Positions 26,885 to 42,805 of a DNA stretch of 64,000 nucleotides are shown one piece after another. The DNA comes from Antedon mediterranea (lineage: Eukaryota; Animalia; Echinodermata). The translations under genes and the position numbers were made by a program. Location: positions 14,570,001-14,634,000 of the forward strand of contig NC_092672.1 in the NCBI RefSeq assembly GCF_964355755.1, written 5' to 3'. The notes beneath the pieces are model-generated. The model had not been told where the DNA came from, ran no database searches, and was given only the letters and a program-made list of their open reading frames with translations. Each line of letters begins with the position of its first letter. Within the stretch, counting starts at the first letter, position 1.

Positions 26885-29656
26885 GATTTATACAACGCAC
26901 ATATATCCACTAAAGTGCTCAAGTGTAGGTGTGTTTATAAAATCTAAATAAATATAATATTTAATATATTATAAAAAAACAAATATATATAATTGTTTTT
27001 CAATGTAAATATGTTACAAAAAACCAAATACATTTTACTGCTTTAATGTAAATGTTGTAGACCTACAATTTGTTAAATCTTCAAATGACAGGACATGACA
27101 TTTAGAGGTTATATAATTTTATTTGGTGAATGATGAAAGGTTATATTAACTTGTAAATTAAAGAGTAAGAATTCAGTTTTAAACTATTAATGATGTACAA
27201 TATTTCTATTTTCAGATCCTAATCAAACACAACCATCAAAGCCTGAACTTTTAAGCCCAGCATACTTTTCTGCACCCCTTCAAGCTCAAAAGGCTGCACA
27301 GAATCTCCAACATAAAACAGGACCTCAACATACACCTCCCGGGAAATTTACTCAAATTCCTCAAGGACAAAAAATCTACCAGCCTCAACCCACTCACCCA
27401 ATCGGCCAGACAGGCCTTGATCAACGATATCCAGCTAACTCACATTCACCAAATCAATTTCAATGGACTGCACCTCAACATGTTATACAACCTGGTCATA
27501 TACAAAGCGATAGTTTTGATGTACATGGAGGGCAACAATTACACACCCAATTACAAGGAGGCCATCAACTTGGAGCGTGCTATTCTGGTCAGACACCAGC
27601 ATTTGGAGTTCAGCAGGGATTTATGCAGTCTGGTCAGATACAAGTAGACCAACAGTTAATTCGAGGTGTTAACCAGCTTTTTCAAACGCAAGCACCTGCA
27701 GGCCAACAGCCAATAGCTGGCCAAATGCAAATTCATGCAGGTCAGCAGGTTAGAGGTATTAACCAGGCTGGTCAAATACAAATACTCAGTGGCCAGTTTA
27801 ATCAAGTTCAAGGATACAGACAACCAATTTATATACAAAATAGAAATATGGCACCAGCAAATGTTAGAATGCCACCTCAGCAGTATCAACGTCAAGTATG
27901 TATTCTTTTTAGTCTTTTTTTAGTTTATGGCAACATTATCTCTTTACATGACATTTAATTCCTACTTGATTATACAATGACACCTTGTTCTTAAAGCCCC
28001 ATTCCCTACGTTTTTTAGATATAATTTAAGATCACAAACTATATTTAATGTAAAAATAATACTATATGGTCCTATTGCGATAACTTTTTTCGTCTTTAAA
28101 CGGTTAAAAATGTGAAAAATAAGTCGATTCTAATAATTATAGCGGCCCGCTATAAATCCCAAAATGCATTGCGCGCGGATTGATATTTTTGTTTTTCACC
28201 TGTAATTCGCCCACTTTTCGATCGATCGTGAGGCCAAAACAAATGAAAGACTCCTAACTTTTCAGCGAAAATACCGGGTTTTCCCCAATTTGTATCAACG
28301 GAGTCTGGCAAAAATAGAAAGACAATTAATGCAGCAACTATACAAAGTCAGGCTAGGTATATAGCTCGCGTACGATGTTCGTACGTTACCGATGTTTACC
28401 AGCTAGGCCTACAAAACTAAGCCTAGCTAGGCTAGCCCTAAGACCGTCCACGAGAGGTCGATCGCCGCGAGCTACTTAGGTAGTGCATTGTTTCTCACTT
28501 TTTATCATAATTTACCATAAAACGTACATTTAAGACAAGAAATGACATGGTTTAATGTTTTTAAAGTGATATATATGTATTATTTTCCAAAAAACGTCCA
28601 AAATTGCAGGGAAGGGGTCTTTAAACCAATTTTATGTGAATCTCCCTAACCCTTACCATGCCCAGGGGTGTTTTATGTGAATCTCCCTAACCCTTACCAT
28701 GCCCAGGGTGTTTTATGTGAACCTCCCTAACCCTTACCATGCCCAGGGTGTTTTATGTGAACCTCCCTAACCCTTACCATGCCCAGGGTGTTAAAAAAGT
28801 CAATATCCAATAGAGTTTGTACAATACCATGAGTGACTTAATGGTTGCCACATCTGCATATTGAAATAATATATCTTGTAAAGTGCTATGTATTTTTTGG
28901 TAGTACTATACTGAGGTTTGTTTGTTTCAGGATTCTGATATTATTATTGGGTGAAATTAGGAAATTAAGTTTAATTAAAACTTTCATTTTCACATTCAAA
29001 GTTCATTAATTTTATTTCAATTTCTTAAAACCTGAAGGTTTACTAATTTGTTTCAATGTTGTTTTTCTCATAGCCTGGATATGGTGGTGCAATGCTACAA
29101 CCGCGGGGACCACCTACAGGACCAAATCAACCAAGTTGGACTAGGTTACCAACTCCAGCTCAAAATTTATCCCCACCTACACCAAACAACTTTGTACCAT
29201 TACAGGTATGCAATTATATGTCATTTCTGCAGCAGAATGTCAACACAGCAATTTATTAGAGTATAATTGCCTTGTGACATCATTTTAATGTTGTTTATTT
29301 GTCTTTAATAGGTTACTAAACTGATGACCCCCACTAAGCCTGAAATGCAAAATACCAATTCACCAAAGGTGGTTCAAAGTCCAGAGCTGCAACCAAGACA
29401 GACAAATGCACATGTAAATACGCATGTAGTATTGAATCCGGTTGAGCCAACTTTACTTAAATCACACGAAACACAATTGCAACAAGTTACTCCTTCCGAC
29501 AACTTGTCTAATCCACAGAAAGATATCCAAGATCTTTCAACTGAAACCAAATCTTCTGAAATATCAAGCTGTGATAGTACAAAGAGTTCAAAACAAAGGA
29601 AATCAAAACCACGCAAAAAATCTGTAAAATTGGCAATTAATTTTTGTGATAACTAA
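128..29656 (+). CDS. XRN1: 5'-3' exoribonuclease 1 (XRN1/Pacman); 34 coding exons in window, first exon (~25 aa) upstream of window; ~1778 aa visible
   Basis: Exons spliced by hand, all GT-AG, frame continuous (5337 nt incl. stop): 128-259, 404-504, 785-992, 1390-1500, 2182-2355, 3621-3783, 6806-6873, 7692-7808, 8549-8657, 9044-9155, 9962-10051, 10753-10909, 11254-11373, 11989-12155, 12858-12984, 13176-13268, 13722-13825, 13929-14036, 14430-14504, 15325-15412, 15586-15699, 15860-15946, 16956-17071, 17326-17454, 18316-18529, 18882-18935, 22465-22597, 24052-24341, 24742-24805, 24996-25435, 25868-25982, 27216-27895, 29074-29205, 29312-29656. Motifs: [123 protein letters not shown] and C-terminal KLAINF. 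The PAZ/KOW/winged-helix/SH3-like region and the tail identify XRN1 rather than XRN2. Exons after ~24.7 kb (low-complexity tail) are less certain. Confidence 0.96.
2632..2925 (+). mobile_element. Dispersed repeat fragment, TA-CTGTAAA terminus (Tc1/mariner-type MITE-like), copy 1
   Basis: Aligns by eye with the reverse complement of 37133-37350 (shared taaatttagggatgtaaataaataaa, ctacacagtggg, cccccataattaatgtactctacca). Confidence 0.55.
3928..5886. repeat. Minisatellite, 49-bp unit x ~40, XRN1 intron
   Basis: Unit aactaaactatgtcatgattcattgtgtgctgcatgcaaggatatagac(or a), near-perfect head-to-tail copies. Confidence 0.97.
5887..6420. repeat. Minisatellite, ~90-98-bp unit x ~6, sharing a 33-bp core with the adjacent 49-mer array
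   Basis: Core catgattcattgtgtgctgcatgcaaggatata followed by gggatgcatttgctcgctccccac...cacagttttgatggcatccactgtaatccaaag. Confidence 0.95.
7418..7454 (-). ncRNA. Minimal type I hammerhead ribozyme motif of the Penelope-like element kind (probably a PLE remnant)
   Basis: Minus strand reads GCA-CTGATGA-AGGTCTAGTGTTGCCC-GAAA-GC-TC-TGC: conserved CUGAUGA and GAAA cores, stem I GCA/UGC, imperfect stem II, very short stem III. Confidence 0.6.
8025..8104. repeat. 18-bp tandem repeat x ~4.5
   Basis: Unit ccatgtggttagcctttt. Confidence 0.9.
8300..8419. repeat. Long inverted repeat / palindromic MITE-like hairpin
   Basis: cagagaaataatattaatttgtcaaaaccaaattgtgtactcacggtt pairs with aaccgtgagtacacaa...tttggttttaacaaattaatattatttctctg. 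Confidence 0.8.
13275..13509. repeat. 37-bp tandem repeat x ~6, immediately after an XRN1 splice donor
   Basis: Unit acattgtatgttaaacaatggtgtaatataaaacatg. Confidence 0.92.
19060..22235. repeat. Minisatellite, 48-bp unit x ~66, XRN1 intron
   Basis: Unit gc(a/g)aggttattacgtgtactgcaggactatacttgtcagccacacaca; occasional +1 g variants; source of the 200-1000 aa repetitive ORFs. Confidence 0.98.
23217..23390. repeat. Short direct/inverted subterminal-type repeats (aaatgtgcaaa / cacatttgtgcaaac), probable TGT-terminated DNA transposon end
   Basis: Starts tgtggagccgtgaaatgtgc, followed by several aaatgtgcaaa and atttgtgcaaac units. Confidence 0.45.
27995..28620. mobile_element. Non-autonomous Kolobok-like DNA transposon (MITE), 626 bp
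   Basis: TTAA on both sides (27991-27994, 28621-28624); imperfect TIRs agccccattccctac / gcagggaaggggtct with AG...CT ends, the Kolobok TTAA + RR...YY signature; degraded inverted copy at 62991-63272. Confidence 0.8.
28630..28792. repeat. 40-bp tandem repeat x 4
   Basis: Unit ttttatgtgaa(t/c)ctccctaacccttaccatgcccagggtg. Confidence 0.92.
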
Positions 29657-29769
29657 AGTCAAAATTCGTAATAGCATTTGATCTTTTTTGTGTGGCAGAC
29701 AGAAACAGTAAAATGTCTTCTTGTAAATGTTGTTCTAGTGTATTATTTTTCATCTTTATAAAATGAATG

Positions 29770-29775
29770 AATAAA
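29770..29775 (+). terminator. Candidate XRN1 polyadenylation signal AATAAA
   Basis: First AATAAA, ~115 nt after the stop codon; the AT-rich context makes it weak. Confidence 0.3.
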
Positions 29776-30529
29776 ATGTTATTCACAAGAAACCAGTCAT
29801 TGTTGTCAACAAGTTGAACACTATCAAGATATACCATTAGTATTATTGTTGTAAGAAGTAGATAGTTTTCTGAAATATTTTTTGTAAGCTTGAAGTAAAT
29901 TTTCCTTACCATTTTTTAATTTGTTATTGGATAGATTGAATGAAATAAGATAATTTTTCTACATCGTTTTATCAATCAATTTATGATAATTAATCATAAA
30001 CACAGTAATAACTTGTTTTTATTTGTATTTAGTTTGTGACTGTGCTGTCACTGTGTGTCTAGTATTCTTAATGTGTTTATATAATAAGCATACATGTGAT
30101 ACTGTATTTTAACTAAATAGTATTTTTGGTAGAAAGAATTTTGTATAGCCATTTTATTTCTTATACTGAAGATGATAAATATAAGTACCAACCGGTGTAC
30201 CCTATTTTACCCTTTGGAAAATTATCCAGACAAATAATCCCTCAATTAATTACTAAACCTAACAAGTAATTGTTTAAGAAAGTAGGAGGAGTTAATTAGA
30301 TTATTCAGAAGTATTACAGTAGTCCCGCGATAATTGTTCAGGTTTGTAATTATTCTGTGCAGGAAATAATTGTAGAATCCATAGTATTACCAGCTATAAC
30401 AGGTATCAATCAATTTGAATACAAAACATTTGTTGTTAACTATTAAATTAATAAATGTTTTCATCTTATTTTTTACTTTTCATAATTAATTTGTAGATGT
30501 TTCTGATATTTCAGTCTCTTTACATTTAT

Positions 30530-30775
30530 ACATTTAATTGGGCTTCACATACATATGAACTCTTCACGCAGTGAGGACATTTACATTGGGCTTCACATAC
30601 ATATGAACTCTTCACGCAGTGAGGACATTTACATTGGGCTTCACATACATATGAACTCTTCACGCAGTGAGGACATTTACATTGGGTTTCACATACATAT
30701 GAACTCTTCACGCAGTGAGGACATTTACATTGGGCTTCACATACATATGAACTCTTCACGCAGTGAGGACATTTT
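30530..30775. repeat. 48-bp tandem repeat x ~5
   Basis: Unit acatttacattgggcttcacatacatatgaactcttcacgcagtgagg. Confidence 0.93.
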
Positions 30776-30821
30776 GTGAAATATCTACTCAAGAATGTGA
30801 AAACAACCACATACACAAATC

Positions 30822-30901
30822 ACCCATAAATGTGAAAATAGCAACCCCAAATGTGAAAATAGCAACCCCAAATGTGAAAATAGCAACCCCAAATGTGAAA
30901 A
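30822..30901. repeat. 21-bp tandem repeat x ~4
   Basis: Unit accccaaatgtgaaaatagca. Confidence 0.88.
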
Positions 30902-32242
30902 CGATTATACTCCACAAATGGGATAATGCAACATGTGAAAAAAATGTGTGCATTTTTTTTATTAAGACTATCTGAGCATTTTTGGTGATAAATTAGGCCT
31001 AGATGTCGAGTTGTTGGCTTACTATCAAATCGATGTTTGGTGTTTGTGCTGCGCGCGTGTACGATCCTAAGTTCAATGTTATACAATAATGTTTGTAGGG
31101 TGTGGTTGTTAACTTGTTGGCTACTATTATGTACGTATAATTATTCAAAGTCGACATTCAGTGTTTGATGCGCGCATTCATGATCACATCGATTTTGGAT
31201 TTAAATTAAAGTAAGACAACGAGTTGACACCCGTATGCAGCAAATTACAAGTGTCGACTTAATAGTCATTCAACGACTTAACAACAACCATAACTGTACC
31301 TACGCATATCGTGAAAAAAAATTTTTTTAGTATATATAAAAGTAAAGTCACTCAAAGACTTAGTTATTTTTATTTCCGTGGGAGTTGGAAGTTCTCATCA
31401 AATAAAAGGCAATAAGTAAACAAACAAAAGTACAAATTGACAAAGTATAGAATTTATCATGTTGGTGGTATTTAGTTTGTAAAATGCAACCAACCATTGT
31501 TAAAAGAGGAATGAATCATCATGGTGATGTCTAAACAAAGGAAGGAATGATTTTAAAAAAAATGTCAACAAGCACTATAAAACATTTATTATATTTATTG
31601 ATTTTATTTATTACGTCCAATGTATTTCAATATTTTAAAATGAAATGAAATAAAAGTGGGATGTCAAACCCACATAAGACAAAACAAATTGGGTTTTACG
31701 TATAAAAAAAATGCCGGGATTATTTTCCTTATTAATACAGGCTAATAATAATATTTTATTTGGAGTTACAGTTTTGTATTTTTTTGTAAATCGTGAACAG
31801 GAGGCCTATTTATTTTACAGGCAACGATTAATTATATACGAAGCCCCATTGGGGACATATGTTTAAAAAAAAAGCCTCCACAATTCGTACGTACGACTTA
31901 GATATCTCGTACGTACGCGTTATTATCACGTACGTACGACTTATTATCTCGTACGTACGTGTTATTTTCTCGTACGTACGACTTATTATCTCGTACGTAC
32001 GAGTTATCTTGTATACGTCACACGTGTAATTGAACCATGAACCACGTGTGCGCACATTGACATGTGGCCTGCTTGTTGACAACCTGATGAGCTAGACTGG
32101 CTCTACTCTCTATCAAATGGGATGGCCAGTCTGTGTATTCAGGAGGAGTGTATATGTGGTTGACAAACCTGGCTTTTGCCACTGTTAAGTGTAAGCTGAC
32201 AGCGAATGTGATGTGAGAGAAGACAGGCGCAAGTTTGTCTAA

Positions 32243-32890
32243 TTACAAGTTCCTGTTAAAAACAACCTAGAATTCTCCACCCCTCTAACCATAAAGTCAT
32301 CTCATCTTGATTGTGATTACAAGAAGACTATTGCTCAGGGCTCATTTGGAGAAGTATTCAAGGGAATGTACCAATATGAGCATGTTGCCGTAAAGAAAGT
32401 GAAGTTGAGAAAGGGCAAGCGTCCGAAGAAGCGGATTATAAGGGAGGCTCTAATAGACCAACAACTCGCACACAAGAATATTGAAAAGTTCATTGGAATT
32501 TGCCTCTGGAACATCATTTATGTCTATCATTACTGAATTCATCTATTGGCAAAACATGGAGGAAACGAAATAGGAAAGTGGCAGTTGCTGCAACTGGCGT
32601 TGTAGGTGTTTCGTATTTACACACAAGCATAGTCCTCAGATAATACAACAGGATAAAGCCCGCCAACATAACATTCTTTTAGACAAAAAGTTTGTACCAA
32701 AACTGTGTGACCTCGGTTGTGCTAGGATGAAGTCTGTGGTGCTATAGTGGGATTCATGTCACTTTGTAGGCCTACCCCAGAATACATGTGCCATGTATTC
32801 TGGGGTAGGCCTACCTGTTTAGTAACATTTCTGGGCCAGAAATGTTACTAAACAGTGAGAAATGTACGTCATCTTCTGACATCACAAAGA
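32243..32890 (+). pseudogene. Intronless protein kinase pseudogene (TKL-like Ser/Thr kinase)
   Basis: Colinear motifs across frames: IAQGSFGEVFKG (G-loop), VAVKK, IIRE..IDQQLAHKNIEKFIGIC, IITEFI, YLH, PQIIQQD/KPAN, ILLDKKFVPKLCDLGCAR, TPEYM..PEMLLNSEKCTSSSDI; several frameshifts, stops and deletions. Confidence 0.88.
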
Positions 32891-33149
32891 GACCTTTTGA
32901 AACACAAGAACAGGACGATGATCCTTGACATTTATCAAGAACTGCATGAGGAGAGAAAGCAAATTCCTCCAGTGTTGAGAACATTCGACTTTGAGCTGTT
33001 TGAGCTATCTTCCACAGAATCGACCACCTGCTGGACATCTTGTGAAACATCTCCAGTATCCCTTGCTCCAAAAGTATGGCTCTGTAAAGAGTTTATGGAG
33101 ACACACTGTTTTTCTTTTATGTTTGTGTTGCTTTTAAAGTTAGGTTAAC

Positions 33150-33243
33150 CATTTAGATGGCTGCAGTCGCGTGCTAAAGTTAGTGTTTACCGACCAACCG
33201 ACCGACATAGTGAGATGTAGAGTCGCGTTGCACGCGACTAAAA
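33150..33243 (-). mobile_element. Short Helentron/HINE (DINE-1-like) non-autonomous element nested in the IS3EU-like element
   Basis: Minus strand: ttttagtcgcgtgcaacgcgactcta (TTTT start plus hairpin), (GTCG)-type microsatellite gtcggtcggttggtcggt, then inverted copy gcacgcgact near the other end. Confidence 0.55.
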
Positions 33244-34072
33244 CGTATATTGATTATTTTTGATTTACTGAATGTTGACACTTACACATACTGATATCTT
33301 CACAACTTTAGAAATCAAAACGAATAGTGATAACATCTTTGACACTTTTTCTATTAATTAAGAGCTCTGTAAGGTGTTCTTTAATCTTTAAAGGCACGAC
33401 GTATTCTGCCCAACCTTTAACATCACGGCACCAGTGGTTTTTTAATACTATACTTATGCCTATTACTAAGGTAACATTATATTGCTACATGTTTCAAGAT
33501 TATTTTGAAGTTTTTGTTCAACGTTTCTATGATTAGAATGAGAGAAAGTAATTGTCCTACAAAAATATCGGCATACAGATATAGTTTACAATAAATTCAC
33601 CGGGTTTTATAATTATTGTTTTGTTATTTTTTTTCTATTATATTATAAGTCATTCATCATCGTAATAATTGTTTTTCAAATTTTGATATTTGTGAACCTT
33701 ACAATTTTATTAGGTCACACCCTCAGATTGCAAAAGGAAGTCCCAGCCAATAAAGCAAAACTATTATTTTGAAAAATGTAAGCAACAAAAGTATAGAGGA
33801 CGACCACGATCCACACTACCGGTAACTCTATCGAACGACCTGATCACCCTTCATAAACAATCATCAACTGCACTACTCCCTAGGATCAAAAGCATAAAAG
33901 ATATAGCCTAGAAACGATTCGGAGAATAGCAGAGTTGGATGGATGGTTGTTTTTTAGAAAGTTTGTCGCTTACGAGAGAGGTGGATAGACTGATAGCTAT
34001 ACATCTACATTAGCGGTGGATTGTTCTACATTAACGGTTGTTTCGACATTTTAGCTTGCGTTTTCTACATTA

Positions 34073-34217
34073 AGCTTGGTTCCCACTAAAACGTAACGCA
34101 AGGGCGTAAACGCAACGCAACCAATGACAAGCGGCAGTTCGGATAATCCATCGCTTGTGATTGGTCAATTTACTCACGTTGCGTTACGTGTTGCATCTCT
34201 AGAGTGGGAACCAAGCA
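34073..34217. mobile_element. PIF/Harbinger-like MITE nested in the IS3EU-like element
   Basis: TIRs gcttggttcccact / agtgggaaccaagc; 3-bp TTA duplication (34070-34072, 34218-34220); internal aacgcaac/gttgcgtt inverted repeats. Confidence 0.8.
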
Positions 34218-34591
34218 TTAGCGGTTGTACACGTATGCACAAGAGTGCAATATAATAAGTCGTACGTACGAGATAATAAGTCGTACGTACGAGATAATAA
34301 GTCGTACGTACGAGATAATAAGTCGTACGTACGAGATAATAAGTCGTACGTACGAGATAATAAGTCGTACGTACGAGATAATAAGTCGTACGTACGAGAT
34401 AATAAGTCGTACGTACAAGATAGTGGCGGCAATTTTTTTAACGGATGTCCCTAATGGGGCTTCGTAATTATACAGTACAGTATTAAAAATCGTCATAAAA
34501 ATCTAGTCGTGAGAGGCGCTCTATCTCGAGCGTGTCATGACTTATAATTTCTTCTCTGATGATTTGTTAGGCCTTTTCGTTTCGAACCATC

Positions 34592-40111
<5,520 letters not shown>

Positions 40112-40307
40112 CCCTTGCAACTGTATCACATGGTAAGTCATGAGAAATCAGTAGGTTTTTCTGATACTTAACTGATAAATCAAAGTTTATTATTCTTTCA
40201 TATACTACTGTATATACACTTTCAGTACCAGTGTAGTGTTTGTGAAAGTGCCAAGTTTCATAACATTACTGTAAAAACCAATGTTACAAATCATAGGCCT
40301 TTAAATA

Positions 40308-40856
40308 GGCTTCCAGGACGATTCGGCCTGGGACTATTTGGCCCACTTTTGGTGGGACAATTCAGCCCACTTTTGGGCCGAAACATTCCACTTTGTGGGC
40401 CGAAACGTCTCACTTTAGACCAAATTCATATTCATTTTTTTGGTATTTATCAAGTGTTTAAAGCTACAATCTGTATTTTATTGATATTGACAATGTTAAT
40501 ATAATATATATAATAAATTACTAAAAAACGTAATTTTATATTCAATTTATTACTTCGAAAACTTTGTTTATTTCGTGCATTCGCCAAGCATCCAACAGGG
40601 GGCGTAACTTGTTTACGTCGTTCGCGTGACAAAAAAATGATCATTTTCGACAATGTTTTCAAAATGTTTGCTTGATTGCATTTTTATCCCTAGTAGTTCT
40701 ACCCCATAGTCTATCTGAAAATAAAGTTTGGGGAAAAAGCTTATTTTGTGGTTATAAAATGCATATCAAAGCCGATTAAATTTAAGTGTGCCGAATCGTC
40801 TCAAGGCCGAATTGTCCCAGGACCGAATCGTCTCAAGGCCGAGTCGTCCCGTTACC
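40308..40856. mobile_element. Non-autonomous DNA transposon with 8-9-bp TSD and subterminal repeats (Merlin- or MuDR-like), just 3' of the LRRC47 stop
   Basis: tttaaata duplicated at 40300-40307 and 40857-40864; GG...CC ends; ggacgattcggcc-type repeats on the left inverted to ggccgaatcgtc-type repeats on the right. Confidence 0.72.
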
Positions 40857-42720
40857 TTTAAATAGTAGTACAGTATAATAAAACAAATATAATATTAGCC
40901 ATTTATACATATTGTAAAAGTCGTTAGGGATTATTGTTCATCCCATCTGACATTTAAATATAAAATAGTGTAATATAAATATCAACAGACAATGCTAAGT
41001 CAATAATCATTAACACAATTACAGCAATGTAAACAAAAATCATTTTAAGGGTATGTTTACTGCTTTTTTTCTATTTAGTTTTTTGCTGAAAAGTAAGTGT
41101 TTTCTAAACAATATCAAAATATTGGTACTGTGTCTAGTTTAAAAGATAGTTTACAGATAGAAAAGCTTACAGATTTTAAAATGTGTGTCACTGTTTATTC
41201 TAAGGAGGTGGGTACAGTTTTAAATTTGCATTAAATTCCTTGGAATGGAATGCATTTTTTTTTTTTTTTTTGGATAATGGATAAATGAGGAGGAAAAAAG
41301 ATTTGTATCGAAATCATCAAAGGTAAATCAAACAAACATGCTATTTGAACACATGTGCCATGGCCCGCTATAGCAAGTTGTAAATCGATTGGTAATCGCT
41401 GATCAAAAACAAAACATACCCATATATAAGTTGTATGCGCAGTCTGATCATTCTGTTGAAAATGTATGTGTATGAACAGCAGTTTATTTCAATCAATGTG
41501 TAGTGGTATACAATACTGTATATTGAATTCATTTGTCTAATTGTATGTTAAAATCAATCAAATTTCATTTTTTTAAATCTCTGGGCCATACGTGGTGGTG
41601 TTTATTATGATACAGTATATAATTTTAGTTTGGTACTTTGAAAGGTCCGATGAAAACGATTTTTTTGGGTTGTAGGTCAGGCATTTAATTTTTTTGTAGG
41701 GTAAAAATTCCGCTGATCCACCGAAAACACTCAGGGGTTTCCCTTCAACGCACACGTCACATTACCCGGCGAAGAAGGTCCATATTTTAAAAAGTTTGAT
41801 GTCATCAGCAAGCAATAACAAATTACAACAAGAAATATTTCTTACAAAAAACGCTGCTCGCTTATTGAAAAATATTTTTTATTTCAAATGTTTTTGAATG
41901 TGTCATTTTATTGTCACATAATAGTTATTTTACCTGAAAAAATGTAATTTAAAGCAACAAATACTTACATTGTCTGTCAGACAATGGTTTTTGGGTTTCT
42001 TTTCTCTTTTTATATGTGATTAAATATTATTTTGTGGTTACAGAAGTGAATACTCAATTTCTGTCACTTTAGTTAATTTTATTGCTAAGGTCAAATCTGG
42101 GGGTCACTTCATCACCCTAGATATTTCAAGTGTGAAGTATATAGTATATTACAAACACAAACTTTAATGGACTGTTTCGATAATAATTCAATGAATATCT
42201 GACAGTGATGAAACCAGAAATGCTTTGGGATTTGTAATTTTAGCATGACATGTCCTAATAGATCACTCTTTTCCCAGACGTTTTTTGGGTCTACTGTAGC
42301 AGCTGGAATCAATAAATTATAGTGGAGTTTCCATTTTCGCAAAACTGTCGTCCTTAGAACTATAACTGCTGCTTGCTTTAGCTTCTGATTGAGTAGTCCT
42401 AATGGGACGTAGCAGGCTAGAGCAGTAGCGTGAAAAAAGTGTGAATAAAACAAAAATCATTAATAAATAAATTGAAAAAAGGGGACCCAAAATATAACCC
42501 TTATGGAATGGGAATCTAAACAATACATCAAGCCATTCAGATGAACAACCCCAGGGGCGGACGTAGGGGGGTTGTTGCCCCAGTTGCCCGGTCAACACCC
42601 TTAATTTCATGCTAAATGTTTTTTTCTGTGACTAAATTAAAATTTAGATCCCATTTTATCATATATAATAACCATTAACATTATAGGACTAAAAGTCCAG
42701 TTTTGGAAGAGCCTATAAAG

Positions 42721-42805
42721 TACATGTAAATTGACAGAATGCAGCGTAAATTAACAAGCATTACACTACCGCGCACAATTTACCGCCGTCATCGTATTTT
42801 TTTTG
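42721..42805 (+). repeat. Dispersed repeat; second diverged copy at ~44252-44332
   Basis: Both read tgtaaattg.caga..cagcgtaaa.ttaac.agc...taccg.gca.aatttaccg. Confidence 0.55.

Larger units (their letters stand above)
31837..34466. mobile_element. IS3EU-like non-autonomous DNA transposon, 2630 bp, carrying a kinase pseudogene
   Basis: Left end TACGAAGCCCCATTGGGGACAT; right end reverse complement TACGAAGCCCCATTAGGGACAT (21/22 identical), with similarity continuing into inverted arrays of a 21-bp unit (tcgtacgtacgacttattatc; ~31886-32010 and ~34252-34418). 6-bp direct repeat ATTATA at 31831-31836 and 34467-34472. TAY...RTA ends with a 6-bp TSD are the described IS3EU signature. Confidence 0.82.

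Noticed and set aside
128-29656. U12-type or non-canonical introns in XRN1
   Set aside because: All modelled introns are GT-AG with no GTATCCTT donor; several acceptors are AAG, which is merely less common.
30526-30816. CxxC-repeat ORF (KCPHCVKSSYVCEAQC) resembling a zinc finger or metallothionein
   Set aside because: Translation of a near-identical 48-bp tandem repeat; no zinc-finger spacing or splice context.
32084-32105. Second hammerhead candidate (ctgatgagctagactggctc)
   Set aside because: No GAAA core follows the hairpin.
34199-34496. Repetitive ORFs (SRTYEII / SYVRDNK)
   Set aside because: Translations of the 21-bp subterminal repeats of the transposon.
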